Assembly (NCBI GenBank): GCA_016793005.1
Contig: JAEUKL010000043.1
Coordinates: 1 to 40,018 of the forward strand
Origin: Rhodospirillaceae bacterium
Lineage (GTDB): Bacteria > Pseudomonadota > Alphaproteobacteria > Rhodospirillales > Rhodospirillaceae
Length of the DNA stretch: 40,018 bases
Direction: 5' to 3'
Positions 30,363 to 39,810 of this stretch are shown in pieces (within the stretch, counting starts at the first letter, position 1; each line of letters begins with the position of its first letter). Below the pieces are notes generated by a model. That model ran no database searches and was not told the origin of the DNA. It saw only the letters and a list, made by a program, of their open reading frames with translations. Made by a program: the position numbers and the translations under genes.

Positions 30363-30557
30363 ATGCCCGAGCACATCGCACAAGTTCTGAATGTAGAGCC
30401 CATCGTGGTCGACTTGGCCGCGATCCGTCAGGCGCGCGCAGACCGGGCAATGGAGCGCGACCCCATTGAAATCGTCGACTTCTCAAGCAAATTGGAAAGC
30501 TTGAAGGAATACGCGGTGCTGTCGGCGTTCGCGCGCCGCAAGAAGCACTACAGCTAA
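30363..30557 (+). CDS. Small hypothetical protein (64 aa) between leuC and leuD
   Basis: The ORF starts 16 nt after the leuC stop and ends in a double TAA TAA 31 nt before leuD. By hand count ~50 of 64 codons end in G/C, like the flanking genes. The composition is balanced between charged and hydrophobic residues. No family recognised and the SD is weak. Confidence 0.45.
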   Translation: MPEHIAQVLNVEPIVVDLAAIRQARADRAMERDPIEIVDFSSKLESLKEYAVLSAFARRKKHYS

Positions 30558-30588
30558 TAACGCCAGCAGCCGATAGGGAGCAGAGAAG

Positions 30589-31206
30589 ATGGAAAAATTC
30601 ACGGTTCTTAAGGGAATCGCCGCACCCTTGCCGCTGGTCAACGTCGACACCGACATGATCATGCCCAAGCAGTTCCTGAAAACTATCAAGCGCACGGGCT
30701 TAGGCAAAGCCGTGCTGTTCGACATGCGCTTTAACGACGACGGTTCGGAAAAGGCCGACTTCGTGCTGAACCAGGAGCCCTACCGTCACGCGAAAGTGCT
30801 GATCGCCGGTGCCAACTTCGGCTGCGGCTCATCGCGCGAGCATGCCCCGTGGGGTTTGCATGATTTTGGCTTCCGCTGCGTCATTGCCCCCAGCTTTGCC
30901 GACATCTTTTTCAACAACTGCTTCAAGAACGGCATTTTGTGCATCACGCTGCCGCAAGCCGAGATCGACAAACTCACGGCCCAAGCGCAGAAGGGCAACA
31001 CCAAGGGCAACGACTTCACGGTTGATCTCAACCAGCAGACCATTACGTCGCCCGACGGCACCGTGACCAAGTTCGAGGTCGACGCCACGCGCCGCCACAA
31101 CTTGCTGAACGGCTTGGATGACATCGGCCTGACCCTGCAGCACGCCGAAAAAATCACGGCCTTTGAAGCCAAGCAAAAAGCCGAACAGCCCTGGTTGTAC
31201 GCTTAA
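30589..31206 (+). CDS. leuD: 3-isopropylmalate dehydratase small subunit
   Basis: [15 protein letters not shown]...[14 protein letters not shown]...[16 protein letters not shown]. Confidence 0.95.
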   Translation: MEKFTVLKGIAAPLPLVNVDTDMIMPKQFLKTIKRTGLGKAVLFDMRFNDDGSEKADFVLNQEPYRHAKVLIAGANFGCGSSREHAPWGLHDFGFRCVIAPSFADIFFNNCFKNGILCITLPQAEIDKLTAQAQKGNTKGNDFTVDLNQQTITSPDGTVTKFEVDATRRHNLLNGLDDIGLTLQHAEKITAFEAKQKAEQPWLYA

Positions 31207-31260
31207 ACTGGGGCTCTACGCTTAATCTTTTCGTTCTCATCGCTAGCATAGAGTTACCGC

Positions 31261-32376
31261 ATGTCTGTTCCCGTCCGCAAAATCCTTTCTTTGGCCGGTG
31301 ACGGCATCGGTACCGAAGTGATGACGGCCACGCGCCGCGTCATGGATTGGTTCCAATCCACCGGCCGCGTAAAATTCGAGATCACGGAAGGCCTTATTGG
31401 CGGTGCGTCCTACGACGTGCACAAAGTGCCGCTCACGGACGACACCATTAAACAAGCCATGGCGTCAGATGCCGTGCTGCTGGCCTGCATCGGCGGCCCG
31501 CAATACGACACGCTGCCCTACGAGCTGCGCCCAGAACGTGGCTTGCTGCGTTTGCGCAAAGAAATGGGCCTGTTCGCCAACCTGCGCCCGGCCATCGTGA
31601 TGGATGCGCTGGCGGCGGCCTCGTCGCTGAAAGCTGATTTAGTGCGCGGGCTCGACATTATGATCGTGCGCGAGTTGATTGGCGGTGCTTACTTCGGCGA
31701 ACCGCGCGGCATTGAGAACCTGCCCAACGGTGCGCGCCGTGGCTACAACACCATGGCTTATGCGACGCACGAAATTCAGCGCGTGGCCCGCGCGGCTTTT
31801 GAACTGGCGCGTAAACGCAACAAACGCCTCTGCTCGGTCGATAAAGCCAACGTGCTGGAAGCATCTGTTGTCTGGCGCGATGAAGTGACCAAGCTGCACA
31901 AAGCCGAGTATGCCGACATCGAACTCAGCCACATGTATGTGGACAACTGCGCCATGCAGTTGGTGCGCACGCCTAAGCAGTTCGATGTGATCCTGACCGA
32001 AAACCTTTTCGGTGATATTTTGTCGGATCTGGCGTCGATGATGACCGGTTCGCTGGGAATGCTGCCGTCGGCGAGTCTTGGCGCCGTGGCTGCAGATGGC
32101 CGTCAGGCCGCCTTGTACGAGCCCGTGCACGGCTCAGCGCCTGACATCGCGGGCAAGGGCATTGCCAATCCACTGGCCATGATCAGCTCGTTCGGCATGA
32201 TGCTGAAGTACTCGCTGGGCATGGGTGCTGAGGCCGACTTGTTGGACAAGGCCATGCAGAACGTTCTGTCGGCCGGAATCCGCACCGGTGACATCATCGA
32301 GCCGGGTCAAACGCCGGTCAGTACAAATGCCATGGCCGATGCGATCGTCGCGGAACTGAAAAAGCTCGCGAAGTAA
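31261..32376 (+). CDS. leuB: 3-isopropylmalate dehydrogenase
   Basis: [10 protein letters not shown]...[13 protein letters not shown]...[11 protein letters not shown]...NLFGDILSD...[18 protein letters not shown]. Confidence 0.96.
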   Translation: MSVPVRKILSLAGDGIGTEVMTATRRVMDWFQSTGRVKFEITEGLIGGASYDVHKVPLTDDTIKQAMASDAVLLACIGGPQYDTLPYELRPERGLLRLRKEMGLFANLRPAIVMDALAAASSLKADLVRGLDIMIVRELIGGAYFGEPRGIENLPNGARRGYNTMAYATHEIQRVARAAFELARKRNKRLCSVDKANVLEASVVWRDEVTKLHKAEYADIELSHMYVDNCAMQLVRTPKQFDVILTENLFGDILSDLASMMTGSLGMLPSASLGAVAADGRQAALYEPVHGSAPDIAGKGIANPLAMISSFGMMLKYSLGMGAEADLLDKAMQNVLSAGIRTGDIIEPGQTPVSTNAMADAIVAELKKLAK

Positions 32377-32703
32377 CTAGGCTATACCCGCTGCATCGAG
32401 ATGCGGCTTCAAGCGGTTGGTCACAAACAGCGCGAACATGCGAAAGTCGCTGTAGAGCGACCAGCCGGGGTACGTGAACGTCGCGGGTTTATTGTGCTCG
32501 ACCATAAAGTGCGCGAGCCATGCGAAGCCATAGCCCGCGAGCGGCACAAAGATCAGATATGTGGCATTTGAAAAGATGCCGATGAAAAGGTACAGCAGCG
32601 CCAACCCTGTCCCAATGTAATGCAAGCCCCGCGTGGCAGGCTTGCCGTGTTCGCGCAAGTAATAGGGCCAAAACTCAGCGTATGAGGTGATGCGGTTGCT
32701 CAT
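32377..32703 (-). CDS. DUF962 (Mpo1-like) small membrane protein
   Basis: Starts MSNRITSYAEFWPYYLREHGKPATRGLHYIGT and has two TM helices plus WLAHFMVEHNKPATF. Its stop abuts the leuB stop with no spacer. ATG 32703 is preferred over the track start 32787. Confidence 0.72.
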   Translation of the reverse strand: MSNRITSYAEFWPYYLREHGKPATRGLHYIGTGLALLYLFIGIFSNATYLIFVPLAGYGFAWLAHFMVEHNKPATFTYPGWSLYSDFRMFALFVTNRLKPHLDAAGIA

Positions 32704-32802
32704 CGGTTGCCTTGCGGTTTGGGACCTCTGGGCGTAGTTTGCCGCAGCTTTTAGCCCAAGAAAATGGGCCGTTTTAACTGACTTCAAATAAGGACGCTTA
32801 CC

Positions 32803-33861
32803 ATGCCCGATTCATCACGCTCTGCCCGCGAAGGTTATGTGGTCGCGGTGATTGGCGCCACGGGCAACGTTGGCCGCGAAATGTTGCAAACATTAGTAGA
32901 CCGTCAGTTCCCGGTGTCGAAAGTGCACGCGCTGGCCTCCGAGCGCTCCATCGGGTCTGAAGTCTCCTTCGGCGATGACGAGGTTCTGAAAGTGCAGAAC
33001 CTTGAAACCTTTGATTTCAAAGGCGTGGACATTGCCCTGTCGTCGCCGGGCGCCAAGGTGTCTGCCATTCATGCCCCGCGCGCGGCCAAAGCCGGTTGCG
33101 TGGTCATCGACAACACCTCGCAGTTCCGCATGGACCCCGATGTGCCGCTGGTGGTGCCGGAAGTAAACCCGCAGGACATCGCGCGCTACAAAAAGAAGGG
33201 CATCATCGCCAACCCGAATTGTTCCACGATTCAAATGGTCGTGGCGTTAAAGCCGTTGCACGATGCGTTCAAGATCAAGCGCGTGGTGGTGTCGACATAT
33301 CAGTCCACCTCGGGCCAGGGGAAGGCCGCGATGGATGAGCTTTTCAACCAGACGAAGGGCATTTACGCCAACCAGTCGCCGCTCGATACGAAGTCGCTGT
33401 TTACCAAACAGATCGCCTTCAACGTCATCCCGCACATCGACATTTTCATGGATGATGGTGCCACCAAAGAAGAATGGAAAATGACGGTCGAGACAAAAAA
33501 AATTCTCGATCCCAATATCCAGGTGCATGCCAACTGCGCGCGCGTGGGTACATTTGTCGGCCATGCGGAATACGTGAACATCGAAACCGAAAAGCCTATC
33601 ACCGACAAAGAAGCGCGCGCGATTTTGTCGAAAGCCCCGGGTGTCACGGTGGTCGATCACCGTGTTGATGAAGGTTATGTCACGCCCGCGGAAATCGTCG
33701 GCGAAGACAACGTGTACATCTCGCGCATCCGCAAAGATGCCACGGTGCCCAATGGTTTGTCGTTCTGGATTGTGGCCGATAACCTGCGCAAGGGTGCGGC
33801 ATTGAACGCGGTGCAGATTGCCGAAGTTCTGGCGCGGGATTATCTCAGCGTAAATGCGTAG
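32803..33861 (+). CDS. asd: Aspartate-semialdehyde dehydrogenase
   Basis: VAVIGATGNVGREML...IANPNCSTIQMV (catalytic Cys)...RVGTFVGHAE. Confidence 0.95.
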   Translation: MPDSSRSAREGYVVAVIGATGNVGREMLQTLVDRQFPVSKVHALASERSIGSEVSFGDDEVLKVQNLETFDFKGVDIALSSPGAKVSAIHAPRAAKAGCVVIDNTSQFRMDPDVPLVVPEVNPQDIARYKKKGIIANPNCSTIQMVVALKPLHDAFKIKRVVVSTYQSTSGQGKAAMDELFNQTKGIYANQSPLDTKSLFTKQIAFNVIPHIDIFMDDGATKEEWKMTVETKKILDPNIQVHANCARVGTFVGHAEYVNIETEKPITDKEARAILSKAPGVTVVDHRVDEGYVTPAEIVGEDNVYISRIRKDATVPNGLSFWIVADNLRKGAALNAVQIAEVLARDYLSVNA

Positions 33862-33874
33862 TTTTTGTTTGGTC

Positions 33875-33916
33875 GCATTTTCCACGCCAACCGGCTTCCA
33901 CTTGTCGGGAAAATGC
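33875..33916. terminator. Hairpin between convergent asd and the glycosyltransferase-like gene
   Basis: GCATTTTCC (33875-33883) pairs with GGAAAATGC (33908-33916) in a 9-bp stem around a 24-nt loop, preceded by TTTTTGTTT. Confidence 0.4.
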
Positions 33917-33918
33917 TC

Positions 33919-34965
33919 CTAAGGATTCTCAAAAGCGCGGCTGATGAAGTCCGTCAGCCGCGTTTTTAATTTCGGCTTGTAATCGGCCCACCAGTTTGCG
34001 CACGCCAGCCGCACGCGCTCGGTTTCATTTGCGCCATTCAGTTTATGGATCAGGCTTACGGCATCAGCCCAATTCTCAATCGTGGGAATAGGGTGTGGAC
34101 CCAGTAATGTCGTGAAGTAAACAAAATGCGGGCGTTGTTCGACGATGGGAATGCAGCCCGCTTCCAGCGCCTCATACACGCGGAACGAATCAATGTTCGA
34201 CCAGCCGCTCGGGCTGGGGGCGAACACGCTGTCGTCCAACAGGGCGCGGTAATCGGCCGTGCTTAACGCATCGGCTGCGCCAAAGCCCGAGGTCAGGTGC
34301 GTAAAGCCCCCCGGCACTTTATTCATTTCAGCCAGCATTTCTGCGCGTGTGAGTTTTTTGCTATCACCCGCAAAGCCCCACATGTATTTACGTGTGGATG
34401 AAGGTTTGGGTGTCTCGCCCCGCGTGAATCCGGCTTTATAACCCAGTGGCAGCGTGAAAATGTTGGAGAAGGCCGCAAGGCGCTCGCTGTGATAATTGCG
34501 GATCACCGCGTCGCAGTATTTATATGCGCCAAGGTCGTCACGGAAAGTTTCGTCGCTCAGGTGCACCAGAATAATCCGCACGCCTTTGTTGAAGGCTTCA
34601 CGGTAATAAGAAATTTTCTCTGGCACGAGGCGATTGTCGATCACAATCATGGGGTCGCTGATGTGCGCCCATTTATTGTCAAAGGCTTCGCCCGCAACGC
34701 TGTCCGCCAGCATGAGACGCAGCCAGTCCGTCTCCCAGGCTTGGGCGGGATCGAACTGCCAGACCAGTGTTGCTTTGCGCGGCTCTTTCTTTGCAAATTT
34801 ACGTTCGATTAGCCGGTAATAAAACGCAGCATCGGTATTGCCTGGCTCTTTAGCCAGGATATCGGAAAGCTGATTTCCCGCCTCGAAGTAAAACCCCGAC
34901 TCAAACCGCTCCAAAGCCCGTTTCAACGCATCGGATGGAGCCGGGTTGAGCAGGGTATGGCGCAT
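33919..34965 (-). CDS. Hypothetical protein with exostosin (GT47)-like C-terminal glycosyltransferase domain
   Basis: 348 aa. WGFAGDSKKLTRAEM...YRALLDDSVFAPSPSGWSNIDSFRVYEALEAGCIPIV resembles the exostosin pattern F-x-G...R...Y...S-x-F-C-L-x-P-x-G...S-x-R...EAL-x-x-GCIPV. Recognised by eye only. Confidence 0.55.
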   Translation of the reverse strand: MRHTLLNPAPSDALKRALERFESGFYFEAGNQLSDILAKEPGNTDAAFYYRLIERKFAKKEPRKATLVWQFDPAQAWETDWLRLMLADSVAGEAFDNKWAHISDPMIVIDNRLVPEKISYYREAFNKGVRIILVHLSDETFRDDLGAYKYCDAVIRNYHSERLAAFSNIFTLPLGYKAGFTRGETPKPSSTRKYMWGFAGDSKKLTRAEMLAEMNKVPGGFTHLTSGFGAADALSTADYRALLDDSVFAPSPSGWSNIDSFRVYEALEAGCIPIVEQRPHFVYFTTLLGPHPIPTIENWADAVSLIHKLNGANETERVRLACANWWADYKPKLKTRLTDFISRAFENP

Positions 34966-34985
34966 GATAAAGCCGGTAAAAATGT

Positions 34986-35633
34986 CTAAAGCGAGAGCGC
35001 GTGACTAAGGACGATAATCACCAGCACAATGCCGAAAAGGCTGATCAAGGCCCCTTCGATTTTGTTCATCATCTGCAGGCGTTCGGGCACAAACTTGTGG
35101 CGGAACATGCGGGCCATGGAAATCAGAAATACCCACCACGCCAGTGAGCCTGCAAACACCGCGCTAATCAGCGCAACAGCGGATTGCGGCGCGGTCACTG
35201 GGTCGACCTGACCCAGGGCGGCAAACAAACCGATGGCGCCCAGCATGGTGGCGGGGTTGGCGATGGACAGCATGAATCCGGCCGCGAAGTCGCGCCGTTT
35301 GCGTCCCACCACGGGGCCGTTGTCTTCGGTTTTGATGGGTGAGAAGTATGTCGCGATGCCGACGCCGATGACGATCAGGCCGCCCAAAAGCCCAATGCTG
35401 CGCTGGTGGTCGGTGACGAACGTGGCGATGTACGTCAGACCAAGCCCCGCGACCGCGCCGAAAATCGCATCCACGCAGGCCGAGCCCAGGCCCACGGCTA
35501 ACGCACGGCGCCAGCCGTCGCTAAGCGCGCGCTTGATGCACATCACGCCCACGGCGCCGACGGGGGCGGCCATCAACATCCCCACGATCAAGCCGCGGAG
35601 GATCGGGTCTTCAATAATAACAGTATCAAACAT
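34986..35633 (-). CDS. LysE/RhtB-family amino-acid exporter
   Basis: 215 aa with about six hydrophobic segments. The N-terminal APVGAVGVMCIKRAL is typical of the LysE superfamily. Confidence 0.82.
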   Translation of the reverse strand: MFDTVIIEDPILRGLIVGMLMAAPVGAVGVMCIKRALSDGWRRALAVGLGSACVDAIFGAVAGLGLTYIATFVTDHQRSIGLLGGLIVIGVGIATYFSPIKTEDNGPVVGRKRRDFAAGFMLSIANPATMLGAIGLFAALGQVDPVTAPQSAVALISAVFAGSLAWWVFLISMARMFRHKFVPERLQMMNKIEGALISLFGIVLVIIVLSHALSL

Positions 35634-35784
35634 GGGCCTTTAGAGTGCTCGTCGGATAAAGTGCTTATCGCAGCGTATTTTGGCTTTGCGTTATAGCGAA
35701 GAGCAACGCCGTTACCAAGCATGCTGGACCAGGCAAGTTGCCTCGGATATCAAGACCTTGCATTATTTATATGTGGACCGACCC

Positions 35785-36678
35785 ATGACATCTCCATCCC
35801 GGGCATTCCCATCCAGACCGCGCCGCAGCATGTTGTATATGCCTGCGTCCAACGCCCGTGCGCTGGAAAAAGCCAAAACAATCGCCGCCGACGGCCTGAT
35901 CTTCGACCTTGAAGATGCGGTGGCCCCTGATGCCAAAGTGGCCGCACGCGGCGCGGCCGTGGGTGCAGTGCAATCGGGCGTTTATGGCAAGCGCGAAGTC
36001 ATGATCCGCGCCAATGGGTTGGATACGCCCTGGGGCCGTGATGACCTGACCGCCATTGCAACCTCTGGGGCGCACGGGGTTGTTTTGCCCAAAGTGAATG
36101 ATGCCGATGACGTGCGCATCGCAGCCGATGTGCTGCACGCAGCAGGCGCGCCCGACACCTTAGCCATCTGGGCCATGATGGAAACGCCCATGGGTATTTT
36201 GAATGCGCGCGACATCGCCGAAGCCTCGCCGCGCTTGGCGGGCTTTTGTGTCGGCACGGCGGATTTGGCGAAAGATTTGCACTGCGCACATCCATCAGAC
36301 CGCGCGCCTATGCTGATGGCGCTGCAAACCTGCATTCTGGTGGCGCGGGCGTATGGTTTGTATGTGCTTGACGGTGTGCACGTGCAGTTGGACGACGAAG
36401 CCGGGTACGAGGCCGCCTGCCGCCAGGGCCGCGCGCTGGGTTTTGATGGTAAAACGCTGATCCACCCAAAGCAGGTGGATATTGCGAACGGTGTATACGC
36501 GCCAAGCCCCGAAGAGCTTGCGCGGGCACAAAGGCTAGTGGACGCCCACAAAGAGGCTGCCGCCAAAGGGCATGGCGTCACCACACTGGATGGGCGTCTG
36601 GTGGAAGTTCTGCATGTGGAAGAAGCCAAACGGCTGATTAAATATGCCGACGACATTGCGGCATTAGCAGGCGCGTAA
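35785..36678 (+). CDS. HpcH/HpaI aldolase / citrate-lyase beta (CitE)-like CoA-ester lyase
   Basis: RRSMLYMPASNARALEKAKTIAADGLIFDLEDAVAP...VMIRANG...MMETP...GKTLIHPKQV. ATG 35785 is preferred over the track start 35680. Confidence 0.85.
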   Translation: MTSPSRAFPSRPRRSMLYMPASNARALEKAKTIAADGLIFDLEDAVAPDAKVAARGAAVGAVQSGVYGKREVMIRANGLDTPWGRDDLTAIATSGAHGVVLPKVNDADDVRIAADVLHAAGAPDTLAIWAMMETPMGILNARDIAEASPRLAGFCVGTADLAKDLHCAHPSDRAPMLMALQTCILVARAYGLYVLDGVHVQLDDEAGYEAACRQGRALGFDGKTLIHPKQVDIANGVYAPSPEELARAQRLVDAHKEAAAKGHGVTTLDGRLVEVLHVEEAKRLIKYADDIAALAGA

Positions 36679-36683
36679 CGTCG

Positions 36684-37694
36684 ATGGCGCTCACGCTCTC
36701 TGTTCTCGATCAGTCGCCCGTGCGCTCGGGTGGGAGCGCGTTTGACGCGATCAACGAGACGATCCAGTTAGCGCAAGCCACAGAGAAATTGGGCTATCAC
36801 CGCTACTGGCTGGCCGAGCACCATGGCACCGATGGTCTGGCCGGCTGTTCGCCGGAAATTATGATCGCGCGCGTGGCGGCGGCCACGCAGAAAATGAAGG
36901 TGGGCGCGGGCGGTGTGATGCTGTCGCACTACAGCCCCTTAAAAGTGGCCGAGAACTTTGCCTTGCTGCAAACCATGTATCCGGGCCGCATTGATTTAGG
37001 ATTGGGCCGCGCCCCCGGGGGCGATCAGCTCACCTCAGTTGCCATGCAGTATGGCTCGGAAATCGGTATCGAGTACTACCCCACTAAAATCATCGACCTG
37101 AAAGCGTTTCTGACCGGCACCGAACCCGCCAACAAGGCCTTGGCGAAGGTGAAAGTGACGCCAAAACCGGCCACGCCGCCCGAGATGTGGCTGTTGGGCT
37201 CGTCTGATGAAAGCGCAAAGCTGGCCGCCATGCTGGGGCTGCCATTTTCCTTTGCACACTTCATCAATCATAACGGCTCGCGCAACATTATCGCCGACTA
37301 TAAAAACAGCTTCCTCGCGTCCGACGTTCTGAAAGAGCCCAGGGCCACGATGTGTGTGGCTGCCGTTTGTGCGCCCACGAAAGAAGAAGCCGAGCGCTTG
37401 GCGTTGTCGCGCGCATTGTGGCGCGTGATGCTGGAAAAAGGCGCATTAGGTCCGTACCCATCGCCCGAGGAAGCGGAAAAATATCCCTATACGGATTACG
37501 AACGCCGCATTGCCGACAAATCACGCGATGCGAGCCTGATCGGCGACCCTGCTTTTGTGCGAAAGGGCCTTGAGCAGTTGGCCAAGGAGCACGGCATCGA
37601 TGAAATTCTGGTGGTAACGATCTGTCACGATTTCGCGGCGCGACTGCGGTCTTATGAACTGATTGCACGCGAATTTGGTTTGGCCCAAGCCTAA
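36684..37694 (+). CDS. Luciferase-like (LLM class) flavin-dependent oxidoreductase
   Basis: LSVLDQSP...AEKLGYHRYWLAEHH...GGVMLSHYSPLKVAENF..LQTMYPGRIDLGLGRAPG is the YhbW/LLM pattern. Confidence 0.88.
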   Translation: MALTLSVLDQSPVRSGGSAFDAINETIQLAQATEKLGYHRYWLAEHHGTDGLAGCSPEIMIARVAAATQKMKVGAGGVMLSHYSPLKVAENFALLQTMYPGRIDLGLGRAPGGDQLTSVAMQYGSEIGIEYYPTKIIDLKAFLTGTEPANKALAKVKVTPKPATPPEMWLLGSSDESAKLAAMLGLPFSFAHFINHNGSRNIIADYKNSFLASDVLKEPRATMCVAAVCAPTKEEAERLALSRALWRVMLEKGALGPYPSPEEAEKYPYTDYERRIADKSRDASLIGDPAFVRKGLEQLAKEHGIDEILVVTICHDFAARLRSYELIAREFGLAQA

Positions 37695-37720
37695 CGCCTT
37701 ACAAATCAGGAGCGTGTGGC

Positions 37721-38236
37721 ATGGCTGTCAGTCAAATGGTGCGCGCGGCGTTGATGGTCTCGGACCTCGATCAAAGCCGCGCTTTCTATACCAAGGTCAT
37801 TGGTCTTTCAGATGTTTACATGGAAGGTGAAGCCAAGGGCGGCAACATGCACGCGCTGATCGGCATGCCTTCAAGTGTGACCACGCGCGTGTGCGTACTG
37901 AAAGTGCCCGGCAAACCTGAGTACGGCATGGTGGGGTTGTTCGAGGTGAAAAACCCATCACCGCCGCCGATTCAACGCCAGAACGCCAGCTCGAACGTGG
38001 GTGAACTGTGCATGGTGTTTTACTGCGACAATCTTGACCCCGTGCACGATTACGCGGTGAAAAATGGGCTTACGATTGTCTCGCCACCGGTACCTTTACG
38101 CGTGCGCGGGCACGTCAAACAGCGCGAAATGACCCTGCGCGGGCCCGACGGCGAAAAAATCAATCTGATCGAGTGGGATTTGGCCAAAGCCGATGGCGGC
38201 GACCGGCCCGAGAAGTGGCCTGGCGTTCCCGAGTAA
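37721..38236 (+). CDS. VOC (glyoxalase/bleomycin-resistance/dioxygenase) family protein
   Basis: 171 aa. VSDLDQSRAFYTKVIGL at the N-terminus and the paired beta-alpha-beta-beta-beta organisation fit the family. Confidence 0.78.
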   Translation: MAVSQMVRAALMVSDLDQSRAFYTKVIGLSDVYMEGEAKGGNMHALIGMPSSVTTRVCVLKVPGKPEYGMVGLFEVKNPSPPPIQRQNASSNVGELCMVFYCDNLDPVHDYAVKNGLTIVSPPVPLRVRGHVKQREMTLRGPDGEKINLIEWDLAKADGGDRPEKWPGVPE

Positions 38237-38239
38237 GTC

Positions 38240-38593
38240 TTAGGCGAGTTTGGGCCCTTCGGGCTCGTCCGCATCGCTGTCCAAGGCTTCGGATTGTTCT
38301 CGCAGCGTGAAGAACACGCGGTCGATGAACTTCTTTTTTTCGTCTTCCAAAATGGCCTGCTGCTCGGGTGAGAAGGCATAGCCTTCCACGTCGTCGCCCA
38401 GCAGCACGCCTTTTTTGGCGGCCGCCGCTTCAACCGAGGCCAAGCGCTCCTTCACCACCCACAACTCTTGGGCCAGCTGCATGGTGATCGATACCAGTTC
38501 GTCGATGCCTTGCGCATCGAAGAAGCGGTACTGCTTGCCTTTGACGGTATCGCGCAGTTTGGTCTGCGTCTTTTTCACTTTGGCGGCGAACAT
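38240..38593 (-). CDS. Hypothetical small protein with acidic C-terminal tail
   Basis: 117 aa from ATG 38593, 11 nt downstream of the methyltransferase stop, so likely co-transcribed. Predicted helical with tail SEALDSDADEPEGPKLA. No family recognised. Confidence 0.55.
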   Translation of the reverse strand: MFAAKVKKTQTKLRDTVKGKQYRFFDAQGIDELVSITMQLAQELWVVKERLASVEAAAAKKGVLLGDDVEGYAFSPEQQAILEDEKKKFIDRVFFTLREQSEALDSDADEPEGPKLA

Positions 38594-38604
38594 ATCTCTA
38601 CAAC

Positions 38605-39810
38605 CTATTTCCAAGCACCGAAGGTAAACCATTGCACGCCGTCAACCAGGCGGCCCATGTGGTTCTCACCTTTGGCGGCGGGTTTCGTATCGTCGGCGAC
38701 AGCTTTTGCAATCGCGTCTTCGCCGTAGAAGTTCATGGAGGGCGCGGTGTACTGGAAATACTTGCCCTTCTTAAAGCCGCCGGCCACACACTCTTCCCGC
38801 GGATCAAGATCGCGGAAGGCTTTGTAGAAGGGCTCTTTATTATAGAAGCTGTCCCAATCGAGATAAAAGCTGTCATAGGGTTGCAGCATGCTGTTGGGCG
38901 GCAGCTCGTAGTGCAGCATCACACCACCCGGTTTTAACATGCGGTAGGCTTCTTTGAAGATCGCGCGGATATTTTTCTTCGGCACTTCGTGCAGGAACAT
39001 GCACGAGTAAATCACATCGAATGTTTCATCGGGGTAATGCGTGTGCTCGGCGTCCTTCTGGGCAAAATGCGCGGTGACGCCGTAGCTTTGTGCGCGGCCA
39101 TGGGCGTAGCGCACAGCGGGTGCGCCGACATCAATGCCGTACACTTCAGCTTCGGGGTAACGCTCTTTCCACGGCAGGGTGGAATGCCCCAGCGTGCAGC
39201 CGAGATCCAAAATCTTTTTCGGTTTAAAGTCCGGGTAGCGCTTGGCGAAGTAGGTGGACACCGACTGCGTAATGTCATCCATGCGCGGGCCCAAGAAGCC
39301 CATGGCGAACACCGACAGGCCGTTGTCGAAGATGGCCCCCTGGCTCACGTCGTCGGCCATGTGCTCTTCGTGGTAGTTGCCGGCCATCAAGTGCACATCC
39401 AGTTCCGACACATAGCGCGGAATTTGCATCTTGGGGTCTACGGTCAATGTGCCGCTGGCGTTCTCGGTGGACTGGCCCAGCACCTTCACACGGCGCGACA
39501 AGTCTTCGGCTTCACGCTCAATGCCGGGGATAACGCTGCGGAAACACATTTCCTGCGTATTGCAGCGCATGGCTGAATAAAATTTGAAAATCGTTTCAGG
39601 TTTCAGCGCCTTGTGAATCTCGGGCGCCGTTTTTGGCGCGCGCTTGTTCTTTTTCTTGAAGGCGGGCTGCACCTTCTTTTCGTACACCGTGCGCATATTG
39701 CCTGACAGGCTGTTGAGCACATAGCTGCGCATACCCGAGACAAAGTGCTGCCGCGCCAGTTCATCGCGCGTGTACTCGACTTTCAGGTCGTGATTTACAT
39801 TCTCGGTCAT
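38605..39810 (-). CDS. Class I SAM-dependent methyltransferase with uncharacterised ~190-aa N-terminal region
   Basis: Motif I is KILDLGCTLGHST, the post-I motif is VYGIDVG, and motif II/III is DVIYSCMFLHEV...LKPGGVML. ATG 39810 (MTENVNH) follows GGAGA; the track start 39822 would use that SD as codons. Confidence 0.85.
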   Translation of the reverse strand: MTENVNHDLKVEYTRDELARQHFVSGMRSYVLNSLSGNMRTVYEKKVQPAFKKKNKRAPKTAPEIHKALKPETIFKFYSAMRCNTQEMCFRSVIPGIEREAEDLSRRVKVLGQSTENASGTLTVDPKMQIPRYVSELDVHLMAGNYHEEHMADDVSQGAIFDNGLSVFAMGFLGPRMDDITQSVSTYFAKRYPDFKPKKILDLGCTLGHSTLPWKERYPEAEVYGIDVGAPAVRYAHGRAQSYGVTAHFAQKDAEHTHYPDETFDVIYSCMFLHEVPKKNIRAIFKEAYRMLKPGGVMLHYELPPNSMLQPYDSFYLDWDSFYNKEPFYKAFRDLDPREECVAGGFKKGKYFQYTAPSMNFYGEDAIAKAVADDTKPAAKGENHMGRLVDGVQWFTFGAWK

